This document shows, one piece after another, positions 26,617 to 37,318 of a stretch of 64,000 nucleotides of DNA (position 1 is its first letter; each line of letters begins with the position of its first letter). The translations under genes were made by a program, and so were the position numbers. Source of the DNA: a virus; the IMG/VR virus record IMGVR_UViG_3300028581_000012. The stretch is one strand, 5' to 3'. The notes beneath the pieces are model-generated. The model made no database searches and had not been told where the DNA came from. It worked only from the letters and a program-made list of their open reading frames with translations.

Positions 26617-29600
26617 CTTGGTTTAATATATACGCTTTAATGTATCTGTTAATGGCACTTTTACCTTTATTCAAACCAAAATAAAAATGGTTTGGTCCCC
26701 CAACAATAAATGACTGTTGTGTACCTGCCGGCCAGTTTGGATTTGCCAATCCTTGTGGTGTTTGATTGTAAATATAACCTCGTCTTCCTGTTGTTGATGG
26801 ATTAAAGTATGGTGTTGTTGGGGGGTTAAAACTAAAGTTTTGGTATAGTTGTGAGTAAAACCCACCATTAGATAAAACATTAGTATTCCAATCATTTGTA
26901 TCTGAACCAAATATTGATGATGTTGTGGTTGATGACCATTGATATGTTGGTACTAGTTGGGTATTTGGATACCCAAAATAATTTGTAAGTGTTGGTGTAA
27001 ATGTTTGAATACCAGGACTCAATGTTAATCTATTAACGGTATTTGAACTAAAGAATATACCCATTAAAGCATCACCTGTACCAAGGTATAATTCATTATC
27101 TGAATAATTATCTTCATCAAATTCTTCAATCCCATATTCAGAATTTATTGAAAACATTTGTGCAACATCCCCATCAATTCTGTCTTCACTTCTTGAAAAC
27201 ATTCTGTTTATTGATGCATCACCTAAACCTAAAACTTGTCCCCAAAAGTTTGAATTTATCAATCTTGAAATAATGAATAACTGTAAAATTTCAGAAGTGT
27301 CATTATACGATGTACTTTTTATTGACTCAATTAAATAACCTTCAAAGTTAGGGTTAGTACAAATTTCTTTTGTAAATTCATCTCTTGGTCCTAAATCCAT
27401 TATGGTTGTAGGGAAAAATAAATTACGAACATTCATTCCCTTAAAGTTTGCATCTTGCAAAGTTGGGCTTGCAAATGTTCCTTGTCTTGGTTTTTGACCA
27501 ATAAATTTAGTTCCATCGTAAATCGCACTTCTATAAAAAAGTGAATTCGTTGTTCCACGAGTATAAAATATTGGTCCTTGATATGGTCTTAATGTACTAT
27601 CAGGTGTTCCACAAAACTTATACTTTTTTGGTTGTCCTGTAATATTGAAAATTGTTTGTTTTTTTAACGAAAACATATATAGTGAACCATTCACCCAATT
27701 GTTTTGAAACACTTGTGAAAATATACCTCTACACGCAGCAAACACCATTCTAAATCTTGTCTTCCATTCAAAGAAGTAAGTAATGTCTTTTGGTATTGAA
27801 ACAATAAGTGGGTTATCAACAAACTTATAACATCCCCCCGACATTCTTTTGCCGTTAGGGTTTTCACTACAAGGATTTTGAACAGAAAATGAGGTTCCTC
27901 CCCCTTGATAACATTTAAGTACTGTCATATTTTCACAACTTAATGAAGCCAAGACTGTACTTGAAACTTGACTTGGAGTATCTCCTGTCAAATCTTGAGC
28001 ATTGTTTGTGGTATCACCGGGCCCATTTGTTGTTGGCGCCAACGCCGTTCCACCTTCTTCATCAACAGCATAAACTGAAAAGTTGTCATTTAAAAATAAA
28101 CTAAATGAACTATTACCACTTACTTCTGTTATATCTGAAGTTGGTAATCTATCAGACCTAAATACAATGTTTAATGAGTTAGATACTGATATATTAGAAA
28201 CCGCTGTTGTGTGGTAAGCCGGGGAATAAACTCTTGTTGTTGTAGTTGCAACATTTATTGGGGAACCTGGAGTTGCATTTGAAGCAATTAATGAACCACC
28301 TTCAATATTACCTTGAGGACTTAATACCCCATTTGTCCATTGGAACGCCAACTTATTGTTACCAACACTTGGTTGAATATTAGAGTACACACCAGGTGTT
28401 GATGTAAAATACCCTAAATTAACAACGTCACTGTTATAAGACTTAAATGAACTTTGTGATTTATCGGTTGAGTTGTAGTAATATGGTGCATTGTTTGTAA
28501 ATGCAGTAAATAATGTACTATCAGGTGTAAAACCAAAAGGTGGGTGATAAAGAGTCGCATTATTGTTATTTGATACTGAATGTGATTCAGGGGTTTTATA
28601 GTCATTAAACCATGCACCACTTCCTGAGTTTTGTTGTATTGGGACGTTCAAGTAATAACTTCCTTCAACAAAAGGACCTGTACCTAAGTTAAAACCAAAA
28701 ATTTTAGATAAGTCGTATTTAATATTTTGTTTTTCGGTGTATGGGTCAGTACCTCTTGTCAAAAATATTACTTCATAATTTGCAAAATCATCAATGAACT
28801 TAATTGGGAATACATAATCACATTGTTGTGGTAAAATTCCATAACAGAACCTTTGTGTTTTTTTGAATAGGTATTTGTTTAATAAACCACCAGTTGTATT
28901 TGTAAGTCCTGAAAACTGTGTTACAGTCCCCCCTGTAATTACTTGGAAATATTCAACACCGGCAGGGAATTTGTAATCTTTACCATCTTCAGATATTTTC
29001 AACTTTAAGTTTACGGTTTGCTGTGTACCTCCTTGTGTTATATAATTAACAGGGACTGTAACTAAACTTGAGGCATTGTAAGGTGTTGTACCTGTAATAC
29101 TATTAGTATTAAATTGATTTGAATTTGTAATTCCCGTTAAGTTAGGGTCATTGATTGAATCAGTGTCTTGGAATGTTAAAAGTTGTCCAGGTGGTAACCC
29201 ATTGAATGTTCCACTATCAACAAATAACATCATAATACTATCTGTAAACGGCTGTGACGCATCTACTGTTGTCGTGTTAGGTATTGTGTTTCTAACTGTT
29301 GTTTGAATTAAGTTATCCCCATCAAAATACCTTTGTCTTATATTTGCCAAGTTTAACGATTGGGATAATGTAACATCGTTTGCTAAAAATTTTATCCCTC
29401 CTTGAGCAGGAAACTCAGATATTGGAGTTTTTACTAATTTATCATTATCATTTCCAAGATTTTGATATTGATATCCAGCCATAGCTTGAGCAATACCATT
29501 GTTAAATGCCGCTGGGTCGTTTGATGTGGACGATAAAATAGAATTGTACGTACTATAACTTACTGTTGAATTAGTATCACCCAAAGGACTATTATTTTCT

Positions 29601-31462
29601 GATGATATTGATACATTAGCACTTTGTGCAAATCCACTTTGTGTATCATCTTCAGGTAAAGTTTCATCGGTACAAGGACACGCCTCACAATCAGGATATG
29701 ATAACATTGGTAAAGATATTCTTTTAAAAATATTTTCTTTACCTAACTTTTTTATCGCTTCTTTTTTACATCCACCTTGTGGTCTAGCACCAAAAGTTAT
29801 TGCTCTTATGGCTAAACAAATACCATAGATAACAACGTTTATTACCCATATTAATAAATTTATGATGATTCTTAATATTGGGTAGATAAACGCCAATACG
29901 TGTAAAAGTATTATAAGAATTATAAAAGTAGGGGTTATAATTATTGTTAATAAACTAAATAAAAAGAATATAAAATCAAAATTTCTAACACCGTCATTAA
30001 CAGGGAATCTATTTGTTGTTGTTGTACACCTTCTATCTGTTATTTCTTTTATCCCTAAATGACGACTTCTATTGAACCCCCATTTCCATCTATCTATAAA
30101 ATTTGCAACAGTATAAACTTTATTAAAATTAAATTCATAGAATTTATCATCACAATTAACGGCCTCTTGAATCATTTGTTGACCAATAGTTGTGTTTACA
30201 TCACCGTAGTCATCCCAATCAAGACTAAACGCATATGAATTTAACTGAGCTGTTAGGTCAGTAGGTGCATTCACATTTGCCGTTGTCCATCCCCATTCTT
30301 TTACATTAGGAACAAGATAATCGGCGCGTAATATACTGGCGTTCATACCATCTTCATTTTGGTATTGAATTCTAAATCTATATTTACCTTTTGTTGGTAT
30401 ACCCACGTTTGGGTCTGTTGAAAGTACTTGTTCTCCAAATTCATTTGTGGTTACGTAGTCTAAATTCATTGGCACGTTTGCCAACCAAGTACCATTATCG
30501 TCAATTATTTTTCCGCCTTCAGGTAAAGAGTACTGTTCTAAAGCGGGTCTACCGTTAATGTCGTAATTAATTGTTTGTCTGATTGCTAAAATTCTACCTT
30601 GACCTGTTACTAAATCACATAAATTACCTGAATCTTTTTTTGGTTTACAGTTTGATTTTAAAAAGTCTTCTTCACTTGTTGAAAATAAAGAACCCATAAA
30701 AACGGCCTGTGGTGTGATTTCTATACCTAAATCTCTTAAATCAAAATCAACTCTTGTAATACCAACATTACAAATGTTTTCTTCACCCCAAAAAGATGCA
30801 ACATCAATATCTTTTTTCTGACCAACTATTTGTGGTAATGAGTCCAAATCTGTTGATGCTTTAAGTTGGTCCCCATCAAATTGTTCAGAAGTCCCACGAC
30901 CCAATCTAATTAAGTCTGCAGGTCTTAGTGAAAAACACCCAATATTAGAAAGGTCTAAATCTAAAACCGCTGTTTGAATTCCTAACGGAACCCCTACAAT
31001 CATAAAGTCACCACTTTCATTTGTTTTGACAGTGTACTTATAATACTTTTCATAAACTTCTAATACTTCTTTTCGTTTCAGAACATCTTCAACATCAGGA
31101 AATGTACCTGTTGGGGTGTGACCTCCGTATTCTTTAACGTATGGAAGTAAATTATATCTAAACCCATCTTCATTTTTTTGGTCAGGTCTTTTGTATGGAT
31201 ATAATGTAGACACTATAGGGTCATTTTCATCAACAGCGTCTAAAGGTACGAATATTGAAACATTCGCATTTGGTACTCCGTAACCACCATTAACAATAAC
31301 TCGGCCAGCAACAACACCATAATCGGCACAGAATCTTGTGTACACATCTTCTTGTCTTAATTTTAGGGAAAGTATTTCCAAAAAATCGAAGTCTTGTGTG
31401 ACGTTGATTCTTAGATTTTGGTCTTTTAGTGGTTGAGCCTTTAGTCTGTACGTCTTGGTCAT
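26609..31462 (-). CDS. Large baseplate-associated protein with N-terminal beta-sandwich and internal hydrophobic (membrane-like) hairpin
   Basis: GVVAGRVIVNGGYGVPNANVSIF...TNESGDFMIVGVPLG (carboxypeptidase-regulatory-like); about 60-aa hydrophobic stretch. Confidence 0.6.
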   Translation of the reverse strand: MTKTYRLKAQPLKDQNLRINVTQDFDFLEILSLKLRQEDVYTRFCADYGVVAGRVIVNGGYGVPNANVSIFVPLDAVDENDPIVSTLYPYKRPDQKNEDGFRYNLLPYVKEYGGHTPTGTFPDVEDVLKRKEVLEVYEKYYKYTVKTNESGDFMIVGVPLGIQTAVLDLDLSNIGCFSLRPADLIRLGRGTSEQFDGDQLKASTDLDSLPQIVGQKKDIDVASFWGEENICNVGITRVDFDLRDLGIEITPQAVFMGSLFSTSEEDFLKSNCKPKKDSGNLCDLVTGQGRILAIRQTINYDINGRPALEQYSLPEGGKIIDDNGTWLANVPMNLDYVTTNEFGEQVLSTDPNVGIPTKGKYRFRIQYQNEDGMNASILRADYLVPNVKEWGWTTANVNAPTDLTAQLNSYAFSLDWDDYGDVNTTIGQQMIQEAVNCDDKFYEFNFNKVYTVANFIDRWKWGFNRSRHLGIKEITDRRCTTTTNRFPVNDGVRNFDFIFFLFSLLTIIITPTFIILIILLHVLAFIYPILRIIINLLIWVINVVIYGICLAIRAITFGARPQGGCKKEAIKKLGKENIFKRISLPMLSYPDCEACPCTDETLPEDDTQSGFAQSANVSISSENNSPLGDTNSTVSYSTYNSILSSTSNDPAAFNNGIAQAMAGYQYQNLGNDNDKLVKTPISEFPAQGGIKFLANDVTLSQSLNLANIRQRYFDGDNLIQTTVRNTIPNTTTVDASQPFTDSIMMLFVDSGTFNGLPPGQLLTFQDTDSINDPNLTGITNSNQFNTNSITGTTPYNASSLVTVPVNYITQGGTQQTVNLKLKISEDGKDYKFPAGVEYFQVITGGTVTQFSGLTNTTGGLLNKYLFKKTQRFCYGILPQQCDYVFPIKFIDDFANYEVIFLTRGTDPYTEKQNIKYDLSKIFGFNLGTGPFVEGSYYLNVPIQQNSGSGAWFNDYKTPESHSVSNNNNATLYHPPFGFTPDSTLFTAFTNNAPYYYNSTDKSQSSFKSYNSDVVNLGYFTSTPGVYSNIQPSVGNNKLAFQWTNGVLSPQGNIEGGSLIASNATPGSPINVATTTTRVYSPAYHTTAVSNISVSNSLNIVFRSDRLPTSDITEVSGNSSFSLFLNDNFSVYAVDEEGGTALAPTTNGPGDTTNNAQDLTGDTPSQVSSTVLASLSCENMTVLKCYQGGGTSFSVQNPCSENPNGKRMSGGCYKFVDNPLIVSIPKDITYFFEWKTRFRMVFAACRGIFSQVFQNNWVNGSLYMFSLKKQTIFNITGQPKKYKFCGTPDSTLRPYQGPIFYTRGTTNSLFYRSAIYDGTKFIGQKPRQGTFASPTLQDANFKGMNVRNLFFPTTIMDLGPRDEFTKEICTNPNFEGYLIESIKSTSYNDTSEILQLFIISRLINSNFWGQVLGLGDASINRMFSRSEDRIDGDVAQMFSINSEYGIEEFDEDNYSDNELYLGTGDALMGIFFSSNTVNRLTLSPGIQTFTPTLTNYFGYPNTQLVPTYQWSSTTTSSIFGSDTNDWNTNVLSNGGFYSQLYQNFSFNPPTTPYFNPSTTGRRGYIYNQTPQGLANPNWPAGTQQSFIVGGPNHFYFGLNKGKSAINRYIKAYILNQDV

Positions 31463-31536
31463 TTATCGTTTTAAAATAAATAGATAATTTAGGTTTTTTA
31501 TTAAAAACTAATAACCTTAAAAATAAAATAAAGGAT

Positions 31537-33375
31537 TTAGTAGAAGTCTACAGTTCTTAGTTGTTTTACTCGAACATTAATATCTCTTGAATCAAACCTA
31601 ATTTGATAAATTTGGTCCGGTTCTGCAAAGATAGTGTCGTCAATTAAAAGTATCTCTTTTGTATCTTTATTAGAATATCTTTGTGAAGTTTCAGATGAAG
31701 AATATTGACCACCAACTCTATTATAAATTTTAAGTTCGGTTAATGTACTAACCCCTGCAGTATTTTGTATTATCCTTCTTATATCAGACACATTCACATT
31801 TTGACCTAAGTCTCTATTTTGTGGGTTCATATATGTTGACACTTGGTCAATAATTTGTGTAATAATTTGACTTTGAGCTGTGTTATTTTCTATAACTACC
31901 GAAATTTCAAACTCTAAATCAATTACTTTAGCAACATCGATTGATATGTAGTCATTAATCATTCTGTATTTAGAAAGATAGGTTGCTAAATTTGTTTTCA
32001 ATGCGTTTGGTACTGTTTGAGTTAAATTACCTTCAGAGTCGTAAGATAAAATTTGTACAGTAACTTTATTATTATTTTCGGTAATTGCAACCTTTGCAGG
32101 TGCTCCAAATTTACCAGGCATTGTATCAATCAATGATTTATAATCATTTACAGTTACCGCTCTTTTTTGGGATGCAAAATTAAACGAAACCATATTTCTT
32201 ACTTCTTCAACGGTTGGTTGGTTAGCACCCCCAACAGCACTTGTAATATTATTAACTTTCAGTGATTGTATAACACTTTGATTAATTTGTGTTGACGGTC
32301 CATTTACTGCGAAATCTATTAAACCAACTTGATTTATTGCACCAACTCCAACATTTGATGCAGTTCCACCACCCACACGATATTGAACAAATAGTGTTGA
32401 ATTAGGTGTTACTGTTAACCCCAATCCAATGTTATTTTGGTAATTTTGTATTTTAAGTGGAGTTCCTAAATTTGCAAATAGTTGTAACTGTTGGTTTGGT
32501 GTGGTTGTTGCCGCTCCAAATTGTATTTTCATATACCCTTCAGGTGTATATTCACTAATAAATCTATTATCTGTTTTAATGTATCTACCAACTTTTATAC
32601 CTGCGTTATCTATAGGTTTAGTTGTATCTTCAATAAAAATAGTATCTTCGGCTAACGCATCAACTTCGTACCATTTATTATTACTTGTGATAAACTCCGC
32701 ATTTGTTGGTGTTGATTGGTATTGCGTTCCGTCTTTTTGAATAATTGTTGTTATTGACAATACATTTTTTTCAGGTAGAAAAAAGTTATAAAAAGGGACC
32801 ACGTCAGCAGCATTAACAACCTGTTTATAAACTTTTGTTGCACCATTAACAACAACTTCTCTTTTGGTGATAATATAACTTATTATTTTGTTGTTCGCAT
32901 CAAATACGGGCACTTTCGTTCTATTGTTAAATCCTTCGTTATTATATTGTGTTGAAAAATCAATGTCGTACACTGTTTCAAAAATTTGACCTCCACCATT
33001 AAATTGAGCACCTGTTCTTAAAATACCCAAATATCTACTATCTTCATTGTCACCAAAAGCGGGAACTTGAATTGATACCTCAACTAAAGCAACAGAGGGT
33101 CTAAATCCTGGTATTTTTAAACCGTATGTTCTTGCGATATTGAATACCGAAGACCTTTGTTGAGCGTATTGTAATACTGTTTCTTGTATACTTCGGTCTA
33201 TGTGAAAATGTAAGTTATCTCCAATGGCAGCATTTAAATCCATCAACACTGAAAATATTGATGCATCATTAAAGTTTTGAATTATATCTGGATAATATTG
33301 TTGGGTATAATTTATTAGGTCCTTTCTTAGACTTTCAAAATCCCTACTTGTATAATTAATTTTTTGTGTAGCCAT
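31537..33375 (-). CDS. Baseplate wedge protein, T4 gp6 / baseplate J-like
   Basis: INYTSRDFESLR..L, DFS/NDAS, YRVGGG..SNV, GGANQPTVEEVR...SQKRAVTVNDY. Confidence 0.9.
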   Translation of the reverse strand: MATQKINYTSRDFESLRKDLINYTQQYYPDIIQNFNDASIFSVLMDLNAAIGDNLHFHIDRSIQETVLQYAQQRSSVFNIARTYGLKIPGFRPSVALVEVSIQVPAFGDNEDSRYLGILRTGAQFNGGGQIFETVYDIDFSTQYNNEGFNNRTKVPVFDANNKIISYIITKREVVVNGATKVYKQVVNAADVVPFYNFFLPEKNVLSITTIIQKDGTQYQSTPTNAEFITSNNKWYEVDALAEDTIFIEDTTKPIDNAGIKVGRYIKTDNRFISEYTPEGYMKIQFGAATTTPNQQLQLFANLGTPLKIQNYQNNIGLGLTVTPNSTLFVQYRVGGGTASNVGVGAINQVGLIDFAVNGPSTQINQSVIQSLKVNNITSAVGGANQPTVEEVRNMVSFNFASQKRAVTVNDYKSLIDTMPGKFGAPAKVAITENNNKVTVQILSYDSEGNLTQTVPNALKTNLATYLSKYRMINDYISIDVAKVIDLEFEISVVIENNTAQSQIITQIIDQVSTYMNPQNRDLGQNVNVSDIRRIIQNTAGVSTLTELKIYNRVGGQYSSSETSQRYSNKDTKEILLIDDTIFAEPDQIYQIRFDSRDINVRVKQLRTVDFY

Positions 33376-33376
33376 A

Positions 33377-33841
33377 TTATATGTTAATTATTATAAATTC
33401 TCTTGAACCAAAAGAATTATTATCATCAGTGTAATCAATAGTTAGTTTCGCCGTATATTCTTGAGTTTCTTTTCCGGGTATTTTATATATATCACTTGTT
33501 CCAAGTAATTCTTGATTTATTTCACCAGGTGCTTCATCAGATTGCAAATATGGAACAACACTAATATCGTTTATTGTTAGGTTTGGTATATATTTTTCAA
33601 CCTGTTGTTGTATTTCAGATTTTATCCCATCAAAAGTTTCACCATCTAATGGGTCAAATATAAATTCATATATTCTAGTCCCAAAGTCAGGATTATAGTA
33701 TCTACTACCTTTAGCAGTTAATATTAGATGTAATAAATTAGTCCTGATTTCATCACCAGCATTTTCAGTTAAATCAAAGTAATAAGATTTTGGGCTATCC
33801 CTAAACGGGAAAGTAACACCATATGTTCTACCATCTGCCAT
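33377..33841 (-). CDS. Baseplate wedge/sheath initiator, T4 gp25-like
   Basis: IRTNLLHLILTAKGSRYYNPDFGTRIYEFIFDP; second ATG (33841) preferred over track start 33847 because the upstream motif overlaps the first. Confidence 0.9.
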   Translation of the reverse strand: MADGRTYGVTFPFRDSPKSYYFDLTENAGDEIRTNLLHLILTAKGSRYYNPDFGTRIYEFIFDPLDGETFDGIKSEIQQQVEKYIPNLTINDISVVPYLQSDEAPGEINQELLGTSDIYKIPGKETQEYTAKLTIDYTDDNNSFGSREFIIINI

Positions 33842-33884
33842 ATTCAATAAATATAATATCGAATATTTTTAGTTAAATAGAATA

Positions 33885-33915
33885 AAACAAAAAATACGAG
33901 TAGTAACTCGGATTG
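33885..33915 (-). terminator. Probable Rho-independent terminator after nrdA
   Basis: Minus strand AATCCGAG-ttacta-CTCGTATT (one mismatch) then TTTTGTTTT. Confidence 0.5.
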
Positions 33916-33919
33916 ATTT

Positions 33920-36346
33920 TTAAGAAGAACAACCAAAACACTCAAATTCAGAATCAGACGGTCTTGTAGGTAAAACACCTTCTATAATTATCCTATCAAC
34001 AGGTGGGGGTGGAGGTGGTACTTGTTTTTTAGACGTATCAAGTGCCAAGTGTTTTGCTCCCGTTGAAATTGCTTTAGTTCTAACATAATAACATAAAGTT
34101 TTCAAACCACTTTCCCATCCGTAAAAATGTGATGATGTTATTTTTGAAAGTGTTGGGTTAGACATATAGATATTCATTGATTGTGATTGGTCAATAAATG
34201 GTGCTCTTTCTGCCGCCATATCAATCAGTTGTTTTTGTGAAATCTCCCAAATGGTTTTGTATTTAGGAATCAAATGTTCAATTCTTTTAACTTTTTTATT
34301 GTAGTTTTTGTCTTCAGGGTCCAAATAGTTATTGAAGTTAATATTTTGAATTGAACCTTCATTCATAATAATTTCATTTTTTAAATCTTCAGACCAAATA
34401 CCAATTTTTTCAAAGTCATTAATTAGGTATTTGTTTACAATCATTATTTCACCACCAACAACACGTCTATTAAATAATGCAGAATGTGCTGGTTCAGTCA
34501 TTTCAAACGACCCTGTAATCTTAGCAGAAGATGCCACAGGCATTTGTGCGGTAAATAAAGAATTACAAATACCATATTTTTTTACATTTTCTTTAAGTGT
34601 ATTCCAATCCCACATACCTGATAAATTATTTTCAGTCAATCCCCACATATCGTATTGGAAAACTCCATTTGACATCGGTGAACCATTAAAAAAATCATAT
34701 GGTTTGTACTTACCTTCAATACATAGTTGGTTGCTTTCGTAAACAGCCGCGTAGTAGATTGTTTCAAAAATCTCTTTGTTTAATTTTTTAGCCTCATCTG
34801 ATGTGAAAATATAATCCATTAAATAAAATACATCCGCCAATCCTTGTGTACCGATAGCAATTGCTCTTTGTTCTAAACCACCTTTTAACCCCTTTTGTGT
34901 GGAGTAGTTGTTAGTATCAACAACTTTATTTAGGGCTCTAACAACTTTTCTTACTTCATTAAAAAGTTTTTCAAAGTCAAATTTGTTTCCATTAACAAAG
35001 TTTTTTAAAACCATAGATGATAATGTACATATGGCCGTAGTTTTCTCATCAGTATATTGATAAATTTCATTACACAGATTTGATTGTTTGATGACACCAA
35101 TATTTTGGTGATTAGTTTTCTTATTAGCACTATCTTTAGAACAAAGATATGGGACACCTGTTTCAACTTGTGACTCAATAATTTTAGACCAAATTGTTTG
35201 GGATGAAACTTTTTTACCTAATCCCATCTGAACCGCTTGATTATACGTTTGTTCGTATTCATCACCATAACTTTCTTGAAGTGATTTTAATCCCGCCTTT
35301 TTAATATCATTAGGACAGAACAAATACCAATCACCATTATTTTTAACGGCTCTCATAAAGTTGTCAGGAATCCAAAGAGCGGTAAATAAATCACGAGCAC
35401 GTAATTCTTCGGCACCTGTATTCTTTTTAATATCAAGTAAATCAAAAATATCTTTGTGCCAAGGTTCTAAATAAATCGCTGCCGACCCAGGTCTTCTACC
35501 TTGTTGGTTAAAAAACCTTAATGACTCGTTTACAATTTTTAAATACTTTAATAGTCCTCCAGCATAACCTCCCGATGTAGAAATTCTACTTTCTTTACTT
35601 CTAATATTAGACATTGATAGTCCAATTCCTGCGGCATCAGAAGAAAATGTAGATATATCATTAAGAGTACCTAAAAGACCTTCTCTTGAATCAGAATCAT
35701 TATAATGTAAAACACAAGATGCCAACTGAGGAACTTTAGTACCTGAGTTAATCATTATTGGCGTTGCCTTAGAAATTAACTGATTAGATAAAGATTTATA
35801 ATATTCAACAGCAGTTTCAAATGTATCGGTGACCCATAATGCAACTCGCATATACATATGTTGTGGTCTTTCAATAACTTTACCGTTTGGTTTTTTTAAC
35901 AAATACATTTCTTGTAATGACCTCCAAGCAAAATAGTCAAAGTTGTAATCGTTATCGTGATTAATTACAGCATCAATTAAATTTTCACCATATTCATCAA
36001 TTTTTTTAATCAATTCTTTATGTACTACACCATCTTCATATAACTCTCTCATTGTCTGTGAAAAACTATCTAAAGTTTCTTTGTGGTAAGATGATATTGC
36101 AACTGATGATGCCAATCTTGAATAATCGTGATGACTACCAGTATACGCAGCAGCAATTTCATAAATTAACTTATCTAACTCTTTAGTTGTTACTTCACCT
36201 TCAGTTGGTACTGATGTAATAACTTTGATGAATATTTCATCAGAATTAACATTAAGTCCTTTTGATGAACGTTTTACTCTGTTATAAATTTTTTGGGGGT
36301 TGAATGCGGCATTGTCCCCAACTCTTTTAATAATTTTTAATGACAT
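33920..36346 (-). CDS. nrdA: Ribonucleoside-diphosphate reductase alpha subunit (class Ia) with N-terminal ATP cone
   Basis: IIKR ATP-cone start, ERPQHM, QLASC, QSNLCNEI, ICTLSS, MPVASS, IDQSQS, LKTLCYY, C-terminal CFGC. Confidence 0.97.
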   Translation of the reverse strand: MSLKIIKRVGDNAAFNPQKIYNRVKRSSKGLNVNSDEIFIKVITSVPTEGEVTTKELDKLIYEIAAAYTGSHHDYSRLASSVAISSYHKETLDSFSQTMRELYEDGVVHKELIKKIDEYGENLIDAVINHDNDYNFDYFAWRSLQEMYLLKKPNGKVIERPQHMYMRVALWVTDTFETAVEYYKSLSNQLISKATPIMINSGTKVPQLASCVLHYNDSDSREGLLGTLNDISTFSSDAAGIGLSMSNIRSKESRISTSGGYAGGLLKYLKIVNESLRFFNQQGRRPGSAAIYLEPWHKDIFDLLDIKKNTGAEELRARDLFTALWIPDNFMRAVKNNGDWYLFCPNDIKKAGLKSLQESYGDEYEQTYNQAVQMGLGKKVSSQTIWSKIIESQVETGVPYLCSKDSANKKTNHQNIGVIKQSNLCNEIYQYTDEKTTAICTLSSMVLKNFVNGNKFDFEKLFNEVRKVVRALNKVVDTNNYSTQKGLKGGLEQRAIAIGTQGLADVFYLMDYIFTSDEAKKLNKEIFETIYYAAVYESNQLCIEGKYKPYDFFNGSPMSNGVFQYDMWGLTENNLSGMWDWNTLKENVKKYGICNSLFTAQMPVASSAKITGSFEMTEPAHSALFNRRVVGGEIMIVNKYLINDFEKIGIWSEDLKNEIIMNEGSIQNINFNNYLDPEDKNYNKKVKRIEHLIPKYKTIWEISQKQLIDMAAERAPFIDQSQSMNIYMSNPTLSKITSSHFYGWESGLKTLCYYVRTKAISTGAKHLALDTSKKQVPPPPPPVDRIIIEGVLPTRPSDSEFECFGCSS

Positions 36347-36357
36347 ATTTTTTAAAT

Positions 36358-37305
36358 TTAAAAATCCTCTGTAAATGTTATAGTTTCGTTTAATTTAGCT
36401 TTTTGATATTCAACCGTTCTTGATTCAAAGAAATTACCTTTTGTTTCAACAGCAATTTGTTCCATAAACTTAAATGGTTGTTCTACGTTAAAATGTTTAG
36501 TACAACCCATTTTAACTAATAAACCATCAACTACAAACTCTAAGTATTGTTTCATTAAATTTGAATTCATACCAATTAAAGAAACAGGTAAAGATTCAGT
36601 TATAAATTCTTTTTCAATTTCAAGGGCCGATAATACAATTTCTTTGATTCGTTTTTCAGATGGCCTTTCTTCCAAGTGATTATTTAATAGGTGAATTGCA
36701 AAATCACAATGTAAGTTTTCATCTTTAAATATCAGTGAATTAGCATTACATAGACCTTGCATAATTCCTCTTGATTTCATCCAAAAAATAGAACAAAAAG
36801 ACCCTGAAAAAAAGATACCCTCAACGGCAGCAAAAGCTACCAATCTTTCAGCAAAAGATGAATTTTCAATCCACTCCAATGCCCATTTTGCCTTTTTCTG
36901 TACTGCAGGTAATCTATCAATAGCGTTAAAACATTCATCTTTTTCTTTCGGGTTATTGATATATGTATCAATTAATAATGAATACATAAGTGAATGGATG
37001 TTTTCCATCGCCAATTGTATTCCATAAAAGAATTTTGCCTCAGGATATTGTACTTCACGATAGAAGTTTTCCGCCAAGTTTTCATTTACAATTCCATCAG
37101 AAGCTGCAAAAAATGACAAAACATTTTTTATAAAATACTTTTCATTATCGGTTAGGTTTTCCCAATCTCTAATGTCATTTGTTAAGTCGACTTCTTCTGC
37201 TGTCCAAAACGCAGCTTGGTGTTGTTTATAATATTCCCAAATATCGTTATGTTCAATCGGGAAGATGACAAAGCGGCCAGGGTTTTCTGTTAATATTTTT
37301 TCCAT
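36358..37305 (-). CDS. nrdB: Ribonucleoside-diphosphate reductase beta subunit (class Ia)
   Basis: [30 protein letters not shown] (radical Tyr), [19 protein letters not shown]. Confidence 0.97.
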   Translation of the reverse strand: MEKILTENPGRFVIFPIEHNDIWEYYKQHQAAFWTAEEVDLTNDIRDWENLTDNEKYFIKNVLSFFAASDGIVNENLAENFYREVQYPEAKFFYGIQLAMENIHSLMYSLLIDTYINNPKEKDECFNAIDRLPAVQKKAKWALEWIENSSFAERLVAFAAVEGIFFSGSFCSIFWMKSRGIMQGLCNANSLIFKDENLHCDFAIHLLNNHLEERPSEKRIKEIVLSALEIEKEFITESLPVSLIGMNSNLMKQYLEFVVDGLLVKMGCTKHFNVEQPFKFMEQIAVETKGNFFESRTVEYQKAKLNETITFTEDF

Positions 37306-37318
37306 AGTTTTTAATTAA

